This document shows positions 1 to 8,670 of a DNA stretch of 34,996 bases, piece by piece. The stretch's first letter is position 1. Each line of letters begins with the position of its first letter. Made by a program: the position numbers and the translations under genes. The notes beneath the pieces are model-generated. The model worked only from the letters and a program-made list of their open reading frames with translations. It was not told the origin of the DNA and did no database searches. The stretch spans positions 15,287 through 50,282 of the forward strand of contig CBFIGT010000004.1 of the NCBI GenBank assembly GCA_965662175.1, in the 5' to 3' direction. Source of the DNA: Arcobacter sp. (GTDB taxonomy: Bacteria > Campylobacterota > Campylobacteria > Campylobacterales > Arcobacteraceae).

Positions 1-76
1 TTTATTAATATAACTAATAAAATTATTTATAATTATGTTACAATATATGAGAATTAAATAAATTATTGGGATTATT

Positions 77-1267
77 TTGAAAATATTACACACATCAGAT
101 TGGCATTTAGGTCAAAACTTTATGGGAAAAAGTAGGATTGAAGAGCATAAAGCTTTTTTATCTTGGCTTTTAGAGACTTTAAAAGAGAAACAAATAGAAA
201 TCTTACTTGTATCAGGAGATATTTTTGATACAGGAACTCCACCAAACTATGCTTTGGAGCTTTATTATAACTTTTTAAAAGAGTTAGGAACTATAAGTTC
301 ACTAAACACTACAATCATAACGGCTGGAAATCATGACTCAATATCTACACTAAAAGCTCCAAAACAGCTTTTGCAAGTTTTAAATGTACATGTAATCACA
401 AGTGGGGAAGAGGATGAAAATATTGTAATACCAATCAAAAAAGATGGAGATATTAAAGCCATAGTTTCTGCTGTTCCATTTTTACGAGATAGTGTTATAA
501 GAGAAGCCATATCGGGTGAAACAATTAGCCAAAAAGAGAAACTAGCAAATAGTGGTATAAAAGCTTTTTATGAAAAAACATATAACAAAGCCTTGGAGTT
601 AAAAGAGGATAAAAATATACCTATCATAGCTATGGGACATTTGACAACTGTTGGAAGTAGAACAAGTGAGAGTGAGAGGGATATTTATATTGGTGGAACT
701 TTAGATATTGGTGGGGATTATTTGGGAAGTTTGTTTGATTATGTGGCTTTAGGTCATCTTCATATAAATCAAAGAGTTGGAGCAAATCATGTGAGATATT
801 CAGGCTCACCAATACCTCTTAGTTTTTCTGAGTCTAAAAATACTCAAAAAGTAAATATGGTAGTTTTAGATGAAAAAAGAGTTGAAGTTGAGGAGTTAGA
901 AGTTCCATTAAGTAAAAAACTTATAGTCATAAAAGGTAATAGTGAAACTATAGAAAATGAACTAAAAAAAATATCAGATAAAAATGCATGGATAGAAGTG
1001 CATATAAAAGATGATAATCCAATGTTTGCCAATACACAAATCAGAGAATTAGCTTCAAAATTAGAGCTTATTTTACTTGCTGTTAAAATCGAAAAAACAG
1101 AAAAACAACTACAAGCCAAAGAGCTAAAAGCCATAAGTTTGGATGAGCTAACAGTTGATGAGGTATTTCAAAAAAGAGTTGACTTGGAAAATATAGAAGA
1201 TAAAGATTTTCAAAAAGAGCTTATAAATAGTTTTCAACAAATAGTTTCAAAGGTGAGAAGTTTATGA
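77..1267 (+). CDS. sbcD: Exonuclease SbcCD subunit D (Mre11-like metallophosphoesterase)
   Basis: Motifs HTSDWHLG, SGDIFD, AGNHDS, ALGHLH, YSGSP; TTG start; ATGA overlap with sbcC. Confidence 0.95.
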   Translation: MKILHTSDWHLGQNFMGKSRIEEHKAFLSWLLETLKEKQIEILLVSGDIFDTGTPPNYALELYYNFLKELGTISSLNTTIITAGNHDSISTLKAPKQLLQVLNVHVITSGEEDENIVIPIKKDGDIKAIVSAVPFLRDSVIREAISGETISQKEKLANSGIKAFYEKTYNKALELKEDKNIPIIAMGHLTTVGSRTSESERDIYIGGTLDIGGDYLGSLFDYVALGHLHINQRVGANHVRYSGSPIPLSFSESKNTQKVNMVVLDEKRVEVEELEVPLSKKLIVIKGNSETIENELKKISDKNAWIEVHIKDDNPMFANTQIRELASKLELILLAVKIEKTEKQLQAKELKAISLDELTVDEVFQKRVDLENIEDKDFQKELINSFQQIVSKVRSL

Positions 1268-4200
1268 AAATAATAAAACTAAAATCACTAAATATAAACT
1301 CCTTAAAAGGTGAGTTTGAAATAGACTTTGAAAAGTTTTTAAAAGATGAATCACTCTTTGCAATCACAGGACCAACAGGTGCTGGAAAAAGTACAATACT
1401 AGATATCATAACTTGTGCTTTATATGGAAGAACAGCAAGGCTTTCAAACCCAAATGAGCTTATGAGTAGAAATACAGGTGAGGCCTTGTGTGAGGTTGAG
1501 TTTGAAATCAAAGGGAAAAACTATCTTAGCTCTTGGAGTCAAAAAAGAGCTAGAAAAAGTGCAGATGGAAACTTTCAAACAGCCAAAATGGAAGTGGTGG
1601 ATTTATCTACAAATAAAATATTAGAATCAAAACTAAGGTTAGTTCCAAAAGTGATAGAGGAGTTATCAGGACTTGATTTTGATAGATTTATTCAATCTAT
1701 GATGTTAGCCCAAGGTTCATTTGATGCCTTTTTAAAAGCAAAGGAAAATGAGCGTTCTACCTTGCTTGAAAATATTACAGGTACACATATTTATAAACAA
1801 ATCTCACTAAGTATTTATGAAACATACTCAAATCATAAAAAAGCAATAGAGCTTGAAGAGAACTCTTTAGGAAATATTGAACTACTTGAAAAAGATGTTT
1901 TAGAAGAGAAAACAAAACTTTTAGAGGAGTCAAACAAAGGAAAAAAAGAGTTAGATAAAAAAGAGTTTGAACTCAAAAAAATAGCCTTATATTTAGAAAA
2001 CTTACAAAAGTTGGAGCTTGCTAATATAAACTTTACCCAAGATTATGAAAAAATATCAAAGGAAAAAGAGGAGAAAAAAGAGGATTTTAAAAACTTAGCA
2101 TTAGCCTCAAAAGCTATACAAATCCAACCAATAAACCAAGAAAAAAATCAAACAGCAAGCAGCATCAAAATAGATAAAGAGAACCTAAATGCACTTCAAG
2201 AAGAGATTGAAGAGCTGAAAGTTATCTTTGAGAGTAAAAAAGAGGAATCATCTTTTATAAAAGAGCAGTTTGATAATGAAAAAATATCATTTGAAGAAAA
2301 TAGTCAAAAACTAAAAACCATAAGAGATATAAACTCACAAATAAAAAATCAAACACAAACAAATCAAAACATAAATATAAAACTACAAAAACAGATCAAA
2401 GAGTTAGCAATATATTTTAAAGTAGATGAAAATCTACTATTTGAAAATGAAAGTTTAATAGAACAATACACACAAAAGCAAGAAGAAGAGCTAAAATCAA
2501 TATTTGATGAGCTTGAAAAGATACAAAATGAGTATAAAAAACTAGATGAAAAAACAGTAAATCTATCTCAAAAAGAGCAAGAGTTAAGGGCAAAACTAAA
2601 ACAAATAGAAGAGCTTTTGAACTCATCTGATGAGTATAAAATCATAAATGAAAATATCCAAAAAGAGGAACTTTTATCAAAAGAGTTAGAAAAAGAGATA
2701 AAAAACCAAAGTGATTTAAACATAATCAAATCAAAACTAATAACACAAATAGAGCAAACTTTACAAACCCTAAAAGAGAAAAGAGATAGAGAACTTCAAA
2801 TAAAAAAATATGAAGATGATAGATTAAAACTAAAAGATAATGAAGAGTGTTTTTTATGTGGTTCAAAAGAGCATCCATATATAAATCATGCTTTGGATTT
2901 AAATATAGATGAAACAAGCAAAAAGATAAAAGAAGAGGAGTCAAAACTAAATCAAGAGAGTAATGAGCTAAAAAATAGTGAAATAAACCTAGCAAAACTA
3001 AACTCAAAACTTGAATCAAGTGTGCAAGAACTAGAGAAACAAAACATCTTAAAAAGCAAAACAGAAGAGCTTTTTGTAAGGTTGAATTTTACTTATGAAG
3101 AGAACTCAAAAATAGTTTTAAATGAGCAAAAAGAGCAAATAGAAAATGAACTAAAAGAGATAGTTTTATTAAGAGATGAAAAAGAGAAATTATCACAAAA
3201 AAAAGAGAATTTGCAAAAAAGATATAGTGATTTTAAAGAGACTATATTAAGAATAGAGAGTTTAAAATCATCACTCAATGAGTTAAAAAAAGAGCAAAAT
3301 ATATTAGATAAAGAGATAATAGAGTTAAAAAAAGAAGCAAAAAATATCTTAGATATAGAAAATTTAGAGCAATTTGAGCAAAATATTAGTAAAAAATTTA
3401 CCCTTATCCAAGATAAATATAACGCAATAGAAAAAGAACTAGTAAGTCTAAAATCAAAAGATGAATCTTTAAATAAACAAATAGAACAACTAAAAATAAA
3501 ACAAAAAACAGAGAATATAAAACTAGAAAGCCTAAATAAAAAGTTTGACCAAGCCCTAGAAGAGTATGAGTTTTCTTCAAAAGAGGAGTTTGAAAAAGCA
3601 CTATTAAACAGATATGAATTAGAACTTTTATCAAACACTTGTAAAACAATAGAAGAAAAATATACTCAAGCAATAACACTAAAAAATGACACCGCCAAAA
3701 AACTAAAAGAGCAAAAAGAGCTAAACCTATCAAGTAGAAAAATAGAAGATGTAAATATAGAACTAAATGAACTACAAACCACAATCGATGAACTACAAAA
3801 AAGCATAGGAAGCTTGGAAAAAGAGCTAGAGATAAATGCCCAAAATATCAAAAAACACGAAGATAAAATCAAAGAGTTAGAGAAGAAAAAAGAAGCTTTC
3901 AAAGTATGGGTAAAACTAAATGAGATGATAGGTTCAGCCACAGGAGATAAGTTTGCAAAATTTGCCCAAGGAATAACCCTAGACCAACTAATCTATCTAG
4001 CAAATAAACACCTAAAAATATTAAGCCCAAGATATGAACTACAAAGAAGTTTGGACTCAAATAAGCTTTTGGAAATAGAGATATGCGATGGCTTTCAAGG
4101 TGATGTGATAAGAGGTGTAAACACACTATCAGGAGGAGAGAGTTTTATAGTAAGTCTATCTTTGGCTTTAGGACTTTCAAGTTTAGCAAGCCAAAAGATA

Positions 4201-4407
4201 AGTATAGATTCACTTTTCCTAGATGAAGGATTTGGAACACTAGATAGTGAAAGTTTGGAGTTAGCACTAAATGCCCTAAATCAACTGCAAGTTAGCGGAA
4301 AGATGGTAGGTGTGATTTCCCATGTGGAAGCGTTGAAAGAAAGGATTCCATTGCAGATTAGGGTTGTGCCTAAGGGTGATGGGACGAGTTTATTGCAGTT
4401 GTTATAA
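1264..4407 (+). CDS. sbcC: Exonuclease SbcCD subunit C (Rad50-like SMC ATPase)
   Basis: Walker A GPTGAGKS, long coiled coil, zinc hook CFLC, signature LSGGE, Walker B LFLDEGFG. Confidence 0.95.
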   Translation: MKIIKLKSLNINSLKGEFEIDFEKFLKDESLFAITGPTGAGKSTILDIITCALYGRTARLSNPNELMSRNTGEALCEVEFEIKGKNYLSSWSQKRARKSADGNFQTAKMEVVDLSTNKILESKLRLVPKVIEELSGLDFDRFIQSMMLAQGSFDAFLKAKENERSTLLENITGTHIYKQISLSIYETYSNHKKAIELEENSLGNIELLEKDVLEEKTKLLEESNKGKKELDKKEFELKKIALYLENLQKLELANINFTQDYEKISKEKEEKKEDFKNLALASKAIQIQPINQEKNQTASSIKIDKENLNALQEEIEELKVIFESKKEESSFIKEQFDNEKISFEENSQKLKTIRDINSQIKNQTQTNQNINIKLQKQIKELAIYFKVDENLLFENESLIEQYTQKQEEELKSIFDELEKIQNEYKKLDEKTVNLSQKEQELRAKLKQIEELLNSSDEYKIINENIQKEELLSKELEKEIKNQSDLNIIKSKLITQIEQTLQTLKEKRDRELQIKKYEDDRLKLKDNEECFLCGSKEHPYINHALDLNIDETSKKIKEEESKLNQESNELKNSEINLAKLNSKLESSVQELEKQNILKSKTEELFVRLNFTYEENSKIVLNEQKEQIENELKEIVLLRDEKEKLSQKKENLQKRYSDFKETILRIESLKSSLNELKKEQNILDKEIIELKKEAKNILDIENLEQFEQNISKKFTLIQDKYNAIEKELVSLKSKDESLNKQIEQLKIKQKTENIKLESLNKKFDQALEEYEFSSKEEFEKALLNRYELELLSNTCKTIEEKYTQAITLKNDTAKKLKEQKELNLSSRKIEDVNIELNELQTTIDELQKSIGSLEKELEINAQNIKKHEDKIKELEKKKEAFKVWVKLNEMIGSATGDKFAKFAQGITLDQLIYLANKHLKILSPRYELQRSLDSNKLLEIEICDGFQGDVIRGVNTLSGGESFIVSLSLALGLSSLASQKISIDSLFLDEGFGTLDSESLELALNALNQLQVSGKMVGVISHVEALKERIPLQIRVVPKGDGTSLLQLL

Positions 4408-4664
4408 TTAAAGCTTTTAATAAAGATATGTTTTTAGGTATAGCATTAACTACAAAACTAAAAGAAGATAAGTATCATTTTAAATTTAGTTTTACAAATA
4501 AAAACAATACCCTTGTAAATAATTGTGCCATATTATCACAAGTAAAGTTTTATGATACAAAACGAATAAAATATAAAACTGGGACAATGAATGTAAATGA
4601 TTTTAAAAATATGTATGAAAAGTTTTTAGAAATAATAGAACCAAGATGTGTAACTCCCACATAA
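4398..4664 (+). pseudogene. 5'-truncated PemK/MazF-family toxin (C-terminal ~60%)
   Basis: In-frame VVIIKAFNKDMFLGIALTT...ILSQVKFYDTKRI...VTPT aligns with VVVYKKFNNEMFLGIPLTS...ILSQIRAFDTKRV...VTPQ of 9002..9439; the N-terminal part including the RP motif is missing, and similarity begins within the last codons of sbcC. Confidence 0.85.
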
Positions 4665-4691
4665 AGTGGGAGAGCCCCGTAGGGATTCAAT
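4648..4691 (-). ncRNA. Putative small RNA convergent on and overlapping the pemK 3' end (copy 1)
   Basis: Minus strand AAU-CCC-UACG-GGG-CUCUCCCAC-UUUAU-GUGGGA-GUUAC: cUACGg tetraloop hairpin (4675-4684) plus a 7-bp hairpin (4654-4672), downstream of a consensus promoter; homologous to copy 2; ends approximate. Confidence 0.65.
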
Positions 4692-4697
4692 ACAAAA

Positions 4698-4726
4698 ATT
4701 ATATCGAAATGAATATGTGATGTCAA
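4698..4726 (-). promoter_or_regulatory. Consensus sigma70 promoter TTGACA-N17-TATAAT
   Basis: Plus-strand tgtcaa 4721-4726 and attata 4698-4703, exactly 17 nt apart. Confidence 0.8.
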
Positions 4727-4728
4727 AT

Positions 4729-4811
4729 TTTAAAGATTTGGTAAAAAGTGATTTGCTTCTTTGAATATGGATATTGAGAGTTTTGATGTTTTGAAAAGGT
4801 TGGAGAAGTAG
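4729..4811 (+). pseudogene. C-terminal remnant of an ORF6N-domain protein
   Basis: FKDL/GKK*FASLNMDIESFDVLKRLEK* (one frameshift, one internal TGA); matches the C-terminus EIESFDILKRLK of 31495..31920. Confidence 0.65.
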
Positions 4812-4956
4812 TAGGTGGGAGTTATTAATAAGTTTTATAATATTTTTTGCTATTATATAAAATAATTTAATATTTGATTTTATTTTAAAAAAAGTTAAAA
4901 AATTAGTTTTATATTTAAAAACTAGTTGGGAAATAGTTGCTATGATGGAGTTCTAA

Positions 4957-5179
4957 ATGAATGAGTTGTTAATAAATGAAGATACAATCAAAAATAAAAT
5001 TTTTGCCATAAGAGGTCAATCTGTTATGGTTGACAGAGATTTTCAAAGCCTTATGGTGTAGAACCAAAGAGATTTAATGAACGAGTAAAAAGAAATATTG
5101 AAAGATTTTCAAATGAGTTCAAATTTCAATTAAATGAAAATGAAAAAGATAAACTTGTCGCAAATTGCGACTGGTTAAA
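4957..5179 (+). pseudogene. N-terminal remnant of an ORF6N-domain DNA-binding protein
   Basis: MNELLINEDTIKNKIFAIRGQSVMVDRD, frameshift, then YGVEPKRFNERVKRNIERFSNEFKFQLNENEKDKLVANCDWLK; colinear with 31495..31920; GGAG RBS; cut off at repeat R1. Confidence 0.85.
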
Positions 5180-5239
5180 GTTCCGAGGACAGTTTACCTA
5201 ACCATTAGAATATAATTAAGTATCTTGTCCCCTGAATTT
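5177..5239 (+). repeat. Palindromic ~60-bp repeat, copy R1
   Basis: aaagttccgaggacagtt-tacctaaccat-tagaat-ataattaagta-tcttgtcccctgaattt; similar to 6368-6429 and 8797-8852. Confidence 0.9.
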
Positions 5240-5353
5240 GAAGAAACAGAATACTATGATGATATTAGTGATGAAGAAAAAAGTAAAATTGATGAGATGA
5301 TAGTTAAAATAAATGAAAAAATTGTTGTCAATACTCAAGCCATAGGAGAATAA
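5240..5353 (+). pseudogene. 3' remnant of an unknown gene
   Basis: Open frame EETEYYDDISDEEKSKIDEMIVKINEKIVVNTQAIGE* starts directly after R1 with no start codon at its 5' end; its stop abuts the ATG at 5355. Confidence 0.45.
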
Positions 5354-5354
5354 T

Positions 5355-6368
5355 ATGGGTCAAAAGACAAGAAAAAATTTGTCTGAATTTGCTGTAAATA
5401 TCTGTTCTTCAAGTTTTTTAATGATACCAGCTAAAGAACTGTTATCAGATAAAAGCTTTGCAGAAGGTGATACTGCATCAAAACAAATTGTTAACAATAG
5501 TCACATATATCTAATTTGCAAGATACCGTCTTTTAGATACGATAATACAAGTATTGATTATTCGAATGGCATCTTATCTGGAAATGTTTGTTATAAAATT
5601 AAAGGTGATGAAAAGTTAATCCCCTTCAAACAAAAGTATCCATTATTAGATGGTGGAGTAAAAGTTAAATTATCAGAATACCCTTATAGAGAATTACATA
5701 CTATTAATAAAGATAATGTTGTTGTACGTTATTTACCTGCGAGTACTTTTGGGTTATTAAATGGTGTAATGTCAAGAAATGAGGATATTAGAAACTTTGA
5801 AGTATTATATGTGGGACAAGCTTTTGGAAATGGTACGAGAAATACTTTTGATAGGTTAAAAAGTCATTCTACGTTACAAAAAATATTAGCAGATACTTCA
5901 TACACATGCCCTGATGATGAAATATATATTTTGGCTTTTGAATATGTACCCTATAGGATATTTACAAATATGGATGGTCGTTCAAAGTTTGGAGGTTCTG
6001 CTGAAAAAGATAGTAAAAGGTTTTTAAACATAATTGATAATCCATTATCGGAATATCAACAAGTGTGTTTAGTTGAAGCAGGATTAATTAGATATTTTAC
6101 ACCTCCATATAACAAAATTTATAGAGAAAGTTTCCCCTCTCCAAAACATAAAATATTAGAGCAAACTTATGAATTAGATTTTTCTGGCTTAGTTGTAGAA
6201 ATAAATACTGAAGAATTAGACATAAGACTTTTTTCACAAACGGTAGCTCCGAATGAACATCATATGTCAAAAATAGATTTAATAAGTCATGAAGAACGGT
6301 ATAGTTTTTTTCATCTTACTTTAAATCCTGATAAAGAACCTTATATTCCAGATGATATTATTTCATGA
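5355..6368 (+). CDS. Hypothetical protein, probable divergent GIY-YIG-superfamily nuclease
   Basis: Ordered motifs HIYLI ... VLYVGQA ... RLKSH ... EAGLIRYFTPPYN; AGGAG RBS. Confidence 0.6.
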   Translation: MGQKTRKNLSEFAVNICSSSFLMIPAKELLSDKSFAEGDTASKQIVNNSHIYLICKIPSFRYDNTSIDYSNGILSGNVCYKIKGDEKLIPFKQKYPLLDGGVKVKLSEYPYRELHTINKDNVVVRYLPASTFGLLNGVMSRNEDIRNFEVLYVGQAFGNGTRNTFDRLKSHSTLQKILADTSYTCPDDEIYILAFEYVPYRIFTNMDGRSKFGGSAEKDSKRFLNIIDNPLSEYQQVCLVEAGLIRYFTPPYNKIYRESFPSPKHKILEQTYELDFSGLVVEINTEELDIRLFSQTVAPNEHHMSKIDLISHEERYSFFHLTLNPDKEPYIPDDIIS

Positions 6369-6429
6369 AAGTTCCGGGGACAGTTTGCCTAACTATTAGA
6401 ATATAATTAAGTATCCTATCCCTAGATTT
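6368..6429 (+). repeat. Palindromic ~60-bp repeat, copy R2
   Basis: aaagttccggggacagtt-tgcctaactat-tagaat-ataattaagta-tcctatccctagattt; lies between two convergent stop codons. Confidence 0.9.
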
Positions 6430-6438
6430 TACAGATTT

Positions 6439-7215
6439 TTAAAAATTCTTATCATTTTTAATTTTTGTTGGTTGTAATGAAAATATAGAAAATATAATAA
6501 GTCCTATATATGGAATCAAATTCAATACAAACCAAAATTTACTTTTTTCAATATCGTTTAATCTTCTCATAGATACAGTAATATAAGGAATTATATTTGT
6601 AAGCATAAATATAGAAGTAATATAGTTTGTTGATTGATGAGGAACGTAAAATGTATTTAAATATAAATCTAAAAAACTAAATATTCCAACACCCAAGATA
6701 AATACAAAAATAAATGACCAATACTCTGTTCTTGTAGATTTATTTTTAGTATTAAAATATTTTTTTAATGAAGTAAAATATGAATTTATAATTATATTTA
6801 TTAACTCTATAAAGTTTATCGGTTCTTTTTTTATAAAAAATGTCAATGGGTGAAACTTACCCCATATAATGTATTGTAGTGTTGAAATAAAAATCAAACT
6901 AAAAATTATAAATCCTAAGAAAATAAAAATACTGTCTATATTTTTACTAATAAAGGTAAATTTTAAATTATCTTGAAACCATACTTCTTCTTTACCTTTA
7001 CCAAAATCTATATATGTTTTTGAAAAATGTTTGTATTCATACAAAGAAAATTCTTTATTTATGTAAGGTTCTTCTTCTATATAAAAAAATTCAGTATTTT
7101 TCTTTTTTTCATAAACTTGTATATTTAAATCAACTATAAAAACAATTGAAGTAACAATAAAAATTAATGATATAAGTATATATAAAACTTGAAAAATTCT
7201 TTTTAGTATAGACAT
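6439..7215 (-). CDS. Membrane protein with C-terminal DUF805 domain
   Basis: C-terminal KSTRTEYWSF...IPYITVSMRRLNDIEKSKFW...LIPYIG typical of DUF805/YhaH-like proteins; multiple TM segments; AAGGA RBS. Confidence 0.75.
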   Translation of the reverse strand: MSILKRIFQVLYILISLIFIVTSIVFIVDLNIQVYEKKKNTEFFYIEEEPYINKEFSLYEYKHFSKTYIDFGKGKEEVWFQDNLKFTFISKNIDSIFIFLGFIIFSLIFISTLQYIIWGKFHPLTFFIKKEPINFIELINIIINSYFTSLKKYFNTKNKSTRTEYWSFIFVFILGVGIFSFLDLYLNTFYVPHQSTNYITSIFMLTNIIPYITVSMRRLNDIEKSKFWFVLNLIPYIGLIIFSIFSLQPTKIKNDKNF

Positions 7216-7224
7216 AATTTTTCC

Positions 7225-7719
7225 TTACTTAAAAAAGTTTATTAAATTTTTTTTACTTAATTTAGAAACTTTTCCATTCTTTTCTATTGTAATTCCACTA
7301 ATAGGATTATCATTTTCAAAATTTATTTTTGAAGATATTTGTCCATTTTTATAATAAGTTTTCATTAAGCCATTTCTCACACCACTCTCGATACTTACCT
7401 CCGACTGTAAAGAACCTTCATACCAATATGATTTTATATTATCAATTAATATATCATTCTTATAATTATGAATAGTTTGAATATTTCCATTATCGTAATA
7501 TGTAATTATCTGTCCATTATGCATACCATTCTTAATATCTATAACTTGAAAGAGATTATTATTTTTATCAATTAATTTTAATTTTCCATTTAATTTATCA
7601 TTACTATTTTTTAAATAATATAAATCGTCTTTAACTAAAATATCCTCTTTATAATAGATATTTCCTTCACCAAATAATAAGGTAGTAGTTATTAGATAAA
7701 AAAAGATTAAAAATTTCAA
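7225..7719 (-). CDS. Secreted MORN-variant repeat protein (YwqK-like annotation family)
   Basis: Hydrophobic N-terminal signal; repeats NGQIITYYDNGNI, YWYEGSLQ, NGLMKTYYKNGQI; TTG start with AAGGA RBS. Confidence 0.7.
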   Translation of the reverse strand: MKFLIFFYLITTTLLFGEGNIYYKEDILVKDDLYYLKNSNDKLNGKLKLIDKNNNLFQVIDIKNGMHNGQIITYYDNGNIQTIHNYKNDILIDNIKSYWYEGSLQSEVSIESGVRNGLMKTYYKNGQISSKINFENDNPISGITIEKNGKVSKLSKKNLINFFK

Positions 7720-7774
7720 AATTTTCCTTTTTAATATTTAGTAGAATTTTAGCTAAAAAATAATTAAATAATGG

Positions 7775-7800
7775 ATATAATTAAGTTTCCTCTGAATTTC
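7775..7800 (+). repeat. Partial (right-half) copy of the 60-bp repeat
   Basis: atataattaagtttcctctgaatttc resembles the right arm of R1 and R3. Confidence 0.55.
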
Positions 7801-7836
7801 TCTTAATTTTATATCGGGAATATTGTAAAAGGTTTT

Positions 7837-7872
7837 GAAATAGGGGTCAAGAACAAGAAATAGGGGACAAGA
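7837..7872 (+). repeat. Tandem 16-bp repeat related to the repeat termini
   Basis: gaaataggggtcaaga-acaa-gaaataggggacaaga; ggggacaaga is the reverse complement of tcttgtcccc in R1 (5223-5232). Confidence 0.7.
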
Positions 7873-7978
7873 GATAACGATAACTTTTTTTAGATATTTA
7901 AAGTTTGGTATTACAATCTGCAATATATTTAAATAAATATATTTTTTAATGTTATTATTTTGATGATTTTTTAGGCAT

Positions 7979-8027
7979 AAAAAAACCCAAGCTTAAACTC
8001 AAAGGTTTAAGTCTTACTGGGCGTCGT
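7979..8027 (-). ncRNA. Putative small RNA divergent from the Abi gene (candidate RNA antitoxin)
   Basis: Minus strand ACGACG-CCC-AGU-AAG-A-CUUAAAC-CUUUGA-GUUUAAG-CUU-GGG-U7: bulged hairpin plus U-tract, downstream of a consensus promoter. Confidence 0.7.
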
Positions 8028-8033
8028 GACAAG

Positions 8034-8062
8034 ATTATATAAAAATAGTAAGGATATGTCAA
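8034..8062 (-). promoter_or_regulatory. Consensus sigma70 promoter TTGACA-N17-TATAAT overlapping the Abi gene RBS
   Basis: Plus-strand tgtcaa 8057-8062 and attata 8034-8039, 17-nt spacer. Confidence 0.8.
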
Positions 8063-8644
8063 GTGAAAGATGAAATTAAATCTAGGTTTATAAGTAATAT
8101 TCGACTTGAATCTTATAAAGATTTTGATGAATACAAACAAAATATAAAACACTCTGAAGAATACTATATATTACTATCTATATTTGAAATTAGTTTAAGA
8201 AACTCTATCAATCATTATTTCCAAAAAAAGATTTCAAAAGATTGGTTCGAATCTAATATTCTACACATTGATACACAACAAAGAATAAATGAATCAAAAA
8301 ATAAAATAAAGCAAAGGAAAGAAAAAATAACTCATGATAAACTTATAGCTGAACTTCCTTTTGGTTTTTGGACTTCTTTATTTAGAAAATCATACTCTAA
8401 TTTATTTAGAATAAAAGATATAAAATATATTTTTCCTAATATGCCAAATAGAGATGAAAAACTCATTACTAGGCAAATATTAGATAAAGAATTAAATAAA
8501 ATAAGAAAATTTAGAAACAGAGTATTTCACTATGAGAAGATAATTAATAAAAAAGAATATAAAAATATGAAAGAAGAAATTGAATTGTTATTATTATATT
8601 TTGATGAGGAGATATATTTATTTTCAAAAGAATTGATTGATTAA
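8063..8644 (+). CDS. Abi family (AbiF/Abi_2-like) HEPN ribonuclease
   Basis: FEISLRN, LPFGFW and the RX4H HEPN motif RNRVFH; GTG start with AAGGA RBS. Confidence 0.85.
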   Translation: MKDEIKSRFISNIRLESYKDFDEYKQNIKHSEEYYILLSIFEISLRNSINHYFQKKISKDWFESNILHIDTQQRINESKNKIKQRKEKITHDKLIAELPFGFWTSLFRKSYSNLFRIKDIKYIFPNMPNRDEKLITRQILDKELNKIRKFRNRVFHYEKIINKKEYKNMKEEIELLLLYFDEEIYLFSKELID

Positions 8645-8670
8645 CACTTTCAAAAAATAAATTCATGTAG

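Noticed and set aside
630..4126. Short ORFs antisense to or out of frame within sbcD/sbcC (and similar ones within the PDH genes, kinase and others)
   Set aside because: Shadow frames of strongly supported genes, with biased composition and no motifs
7955..8152. 65-aa minus-strand ORF as a protein antitoxin of the Abi gene
   Set aside because: Antisense to the Abi 5' end, no convincing RBS, and the identified promoter lies inside it; the RNA interpretation fits better
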